Shown here in pieces: positions 14,557 through 15,118 of a DNA stretch of 15,118 nucleotides. Position numbers and translations under genes: made by a program. The stretch comes from Synergistaceae bacterium (lineage in GTDB: Bacteria > Synergistota > Synergistia > Synergistales > Aminobacteriaceae), in contig JAITGK010000150.1 in assembly GCA_031280635.1 (NCBI GenBank), positions 1 through 15,118 on the forward strand, written 5' to 3'. Below the pieces are notes generated by a model. It made no database searches. It was not told where the DNA came from and saw only the letters and a program-made list of their open reading frames with translations. Positions within the stretch are counted from its first letter, which is position 1. Each line of letters starts with the position of its first letter.

Positions 14557-15118
14557 AGAAATTATATTTTTTAAAGTGAAAATCCAAAAAATCTATTCTA
14601 TTATAGCAGATCGCGTAAATTTTGAACATATGGCGTTTTTCATAATCATACACAGAAATAAGAGGCTAAAAACCAGACCTCAATGACTATCGGCCAAAAC
14701 CGGTAGGTTAAATAGCTAATAACAACAACTTAAGCGTTTATGAGTGGGATTTCCTGTTGTGATGATACTTAGCTCTCCTCGAAGTAAGCAACCTTTCCAC
14801 AAAACGTCCCGGCCGTATGGGCACGACGGATTTTTCAATCTCAATGGCAATAATATCCAAAGCGCGAAGACGCTCCTCTGTTGAGGTCAACAGGATGCCG
14901 CGAGATGAGCCCGGAGTGTCGCGATAATCTGGTTCAAATTGGCCGCGTACTCGTATTTGTTATCTTTGCCGGCGCGTTTCTTTCGTATGGCCATGTTGGC
15001 TTCGCCTTTAGAGCTCCTAACATAACCCACCTGTTTGGGCCTTCAGGCTATAAAGCAATTTTTATAAATGCAGTATTTCAAAGTAAACTTTATCAAGATA
15101 GCATGGTTATGATAGATA

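Overview
This 15.1-kb window looks like bacterial chromosome with GC-rich genes separated by AT-rich spacers. It carries a complete PyrR-regulated pyrimidine operon on the minus strand, an intact IS5-family insertion sequence, and a previously unannotated family of ~90-100-bp intergenic repeats that recurs at least five times.

Gene content, left to right:
- An 8-bp microsatellite (TGTGGCCC)14 runs off the left edge.
- A Crp/Fnr-family regulator sits divergent to a ferredoxin gene with a Cys-rich, MvhD-like C-terminal domain. A 6-4-6 palindrome lies between them.
- An IS5-family element (orfA/orfB, perfect terminal inverted repeats, ambiguous CTAG/TA target duplication) is inserted 20 bp upstream of a short tsaB-like gene. 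It sits exactly at the end of one of the repeat elements.
- A 720-bp AT-rich spacer contains a near-consensus sigma70 promoter and a strong RBS driving a 24-aa aromatic-rich ORF, divergent from a Cdc48/VAT-type double-AAA+ ATPase.
- pyrE on the minus strand is preceded by an 83-nt nested-hairpin leader element.
- An SPFH/band-7 protein with no membrane anchor follows.
- The operon pyrR-pyrB-[repeat element]-pyrC-pyrF (minus strand) carries a textbook PyrR attenuator: promoter, PyrR box AGUCCAGAGAGGCU, and an intrinsic terminator.
- A secreted SH3b plus ankyrin-repeat protein has a 7-bp microsatellite (CTGGCTC)13 about 170 bp upstream of its start.

The most unusual content is the repeat-element family and the small promoter-driven ORF. 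The repeat elements share conserved termini (TATAGYGG-NN-YGCGTAA ... AAAGAGCC-aac-GGCTCTA) and an internal direct repeat. One copy is the IS target, one sits inside the pyr operon, and one supplies the 3' end of the ferredoxin CDS. Apart from those repeats, the two microsatellites, the 83-nt structured element and the small ORF are the other features worth a second look.

All calls come from reading the sequence and from family-level recognition of the ORF translations. No database search was possible.
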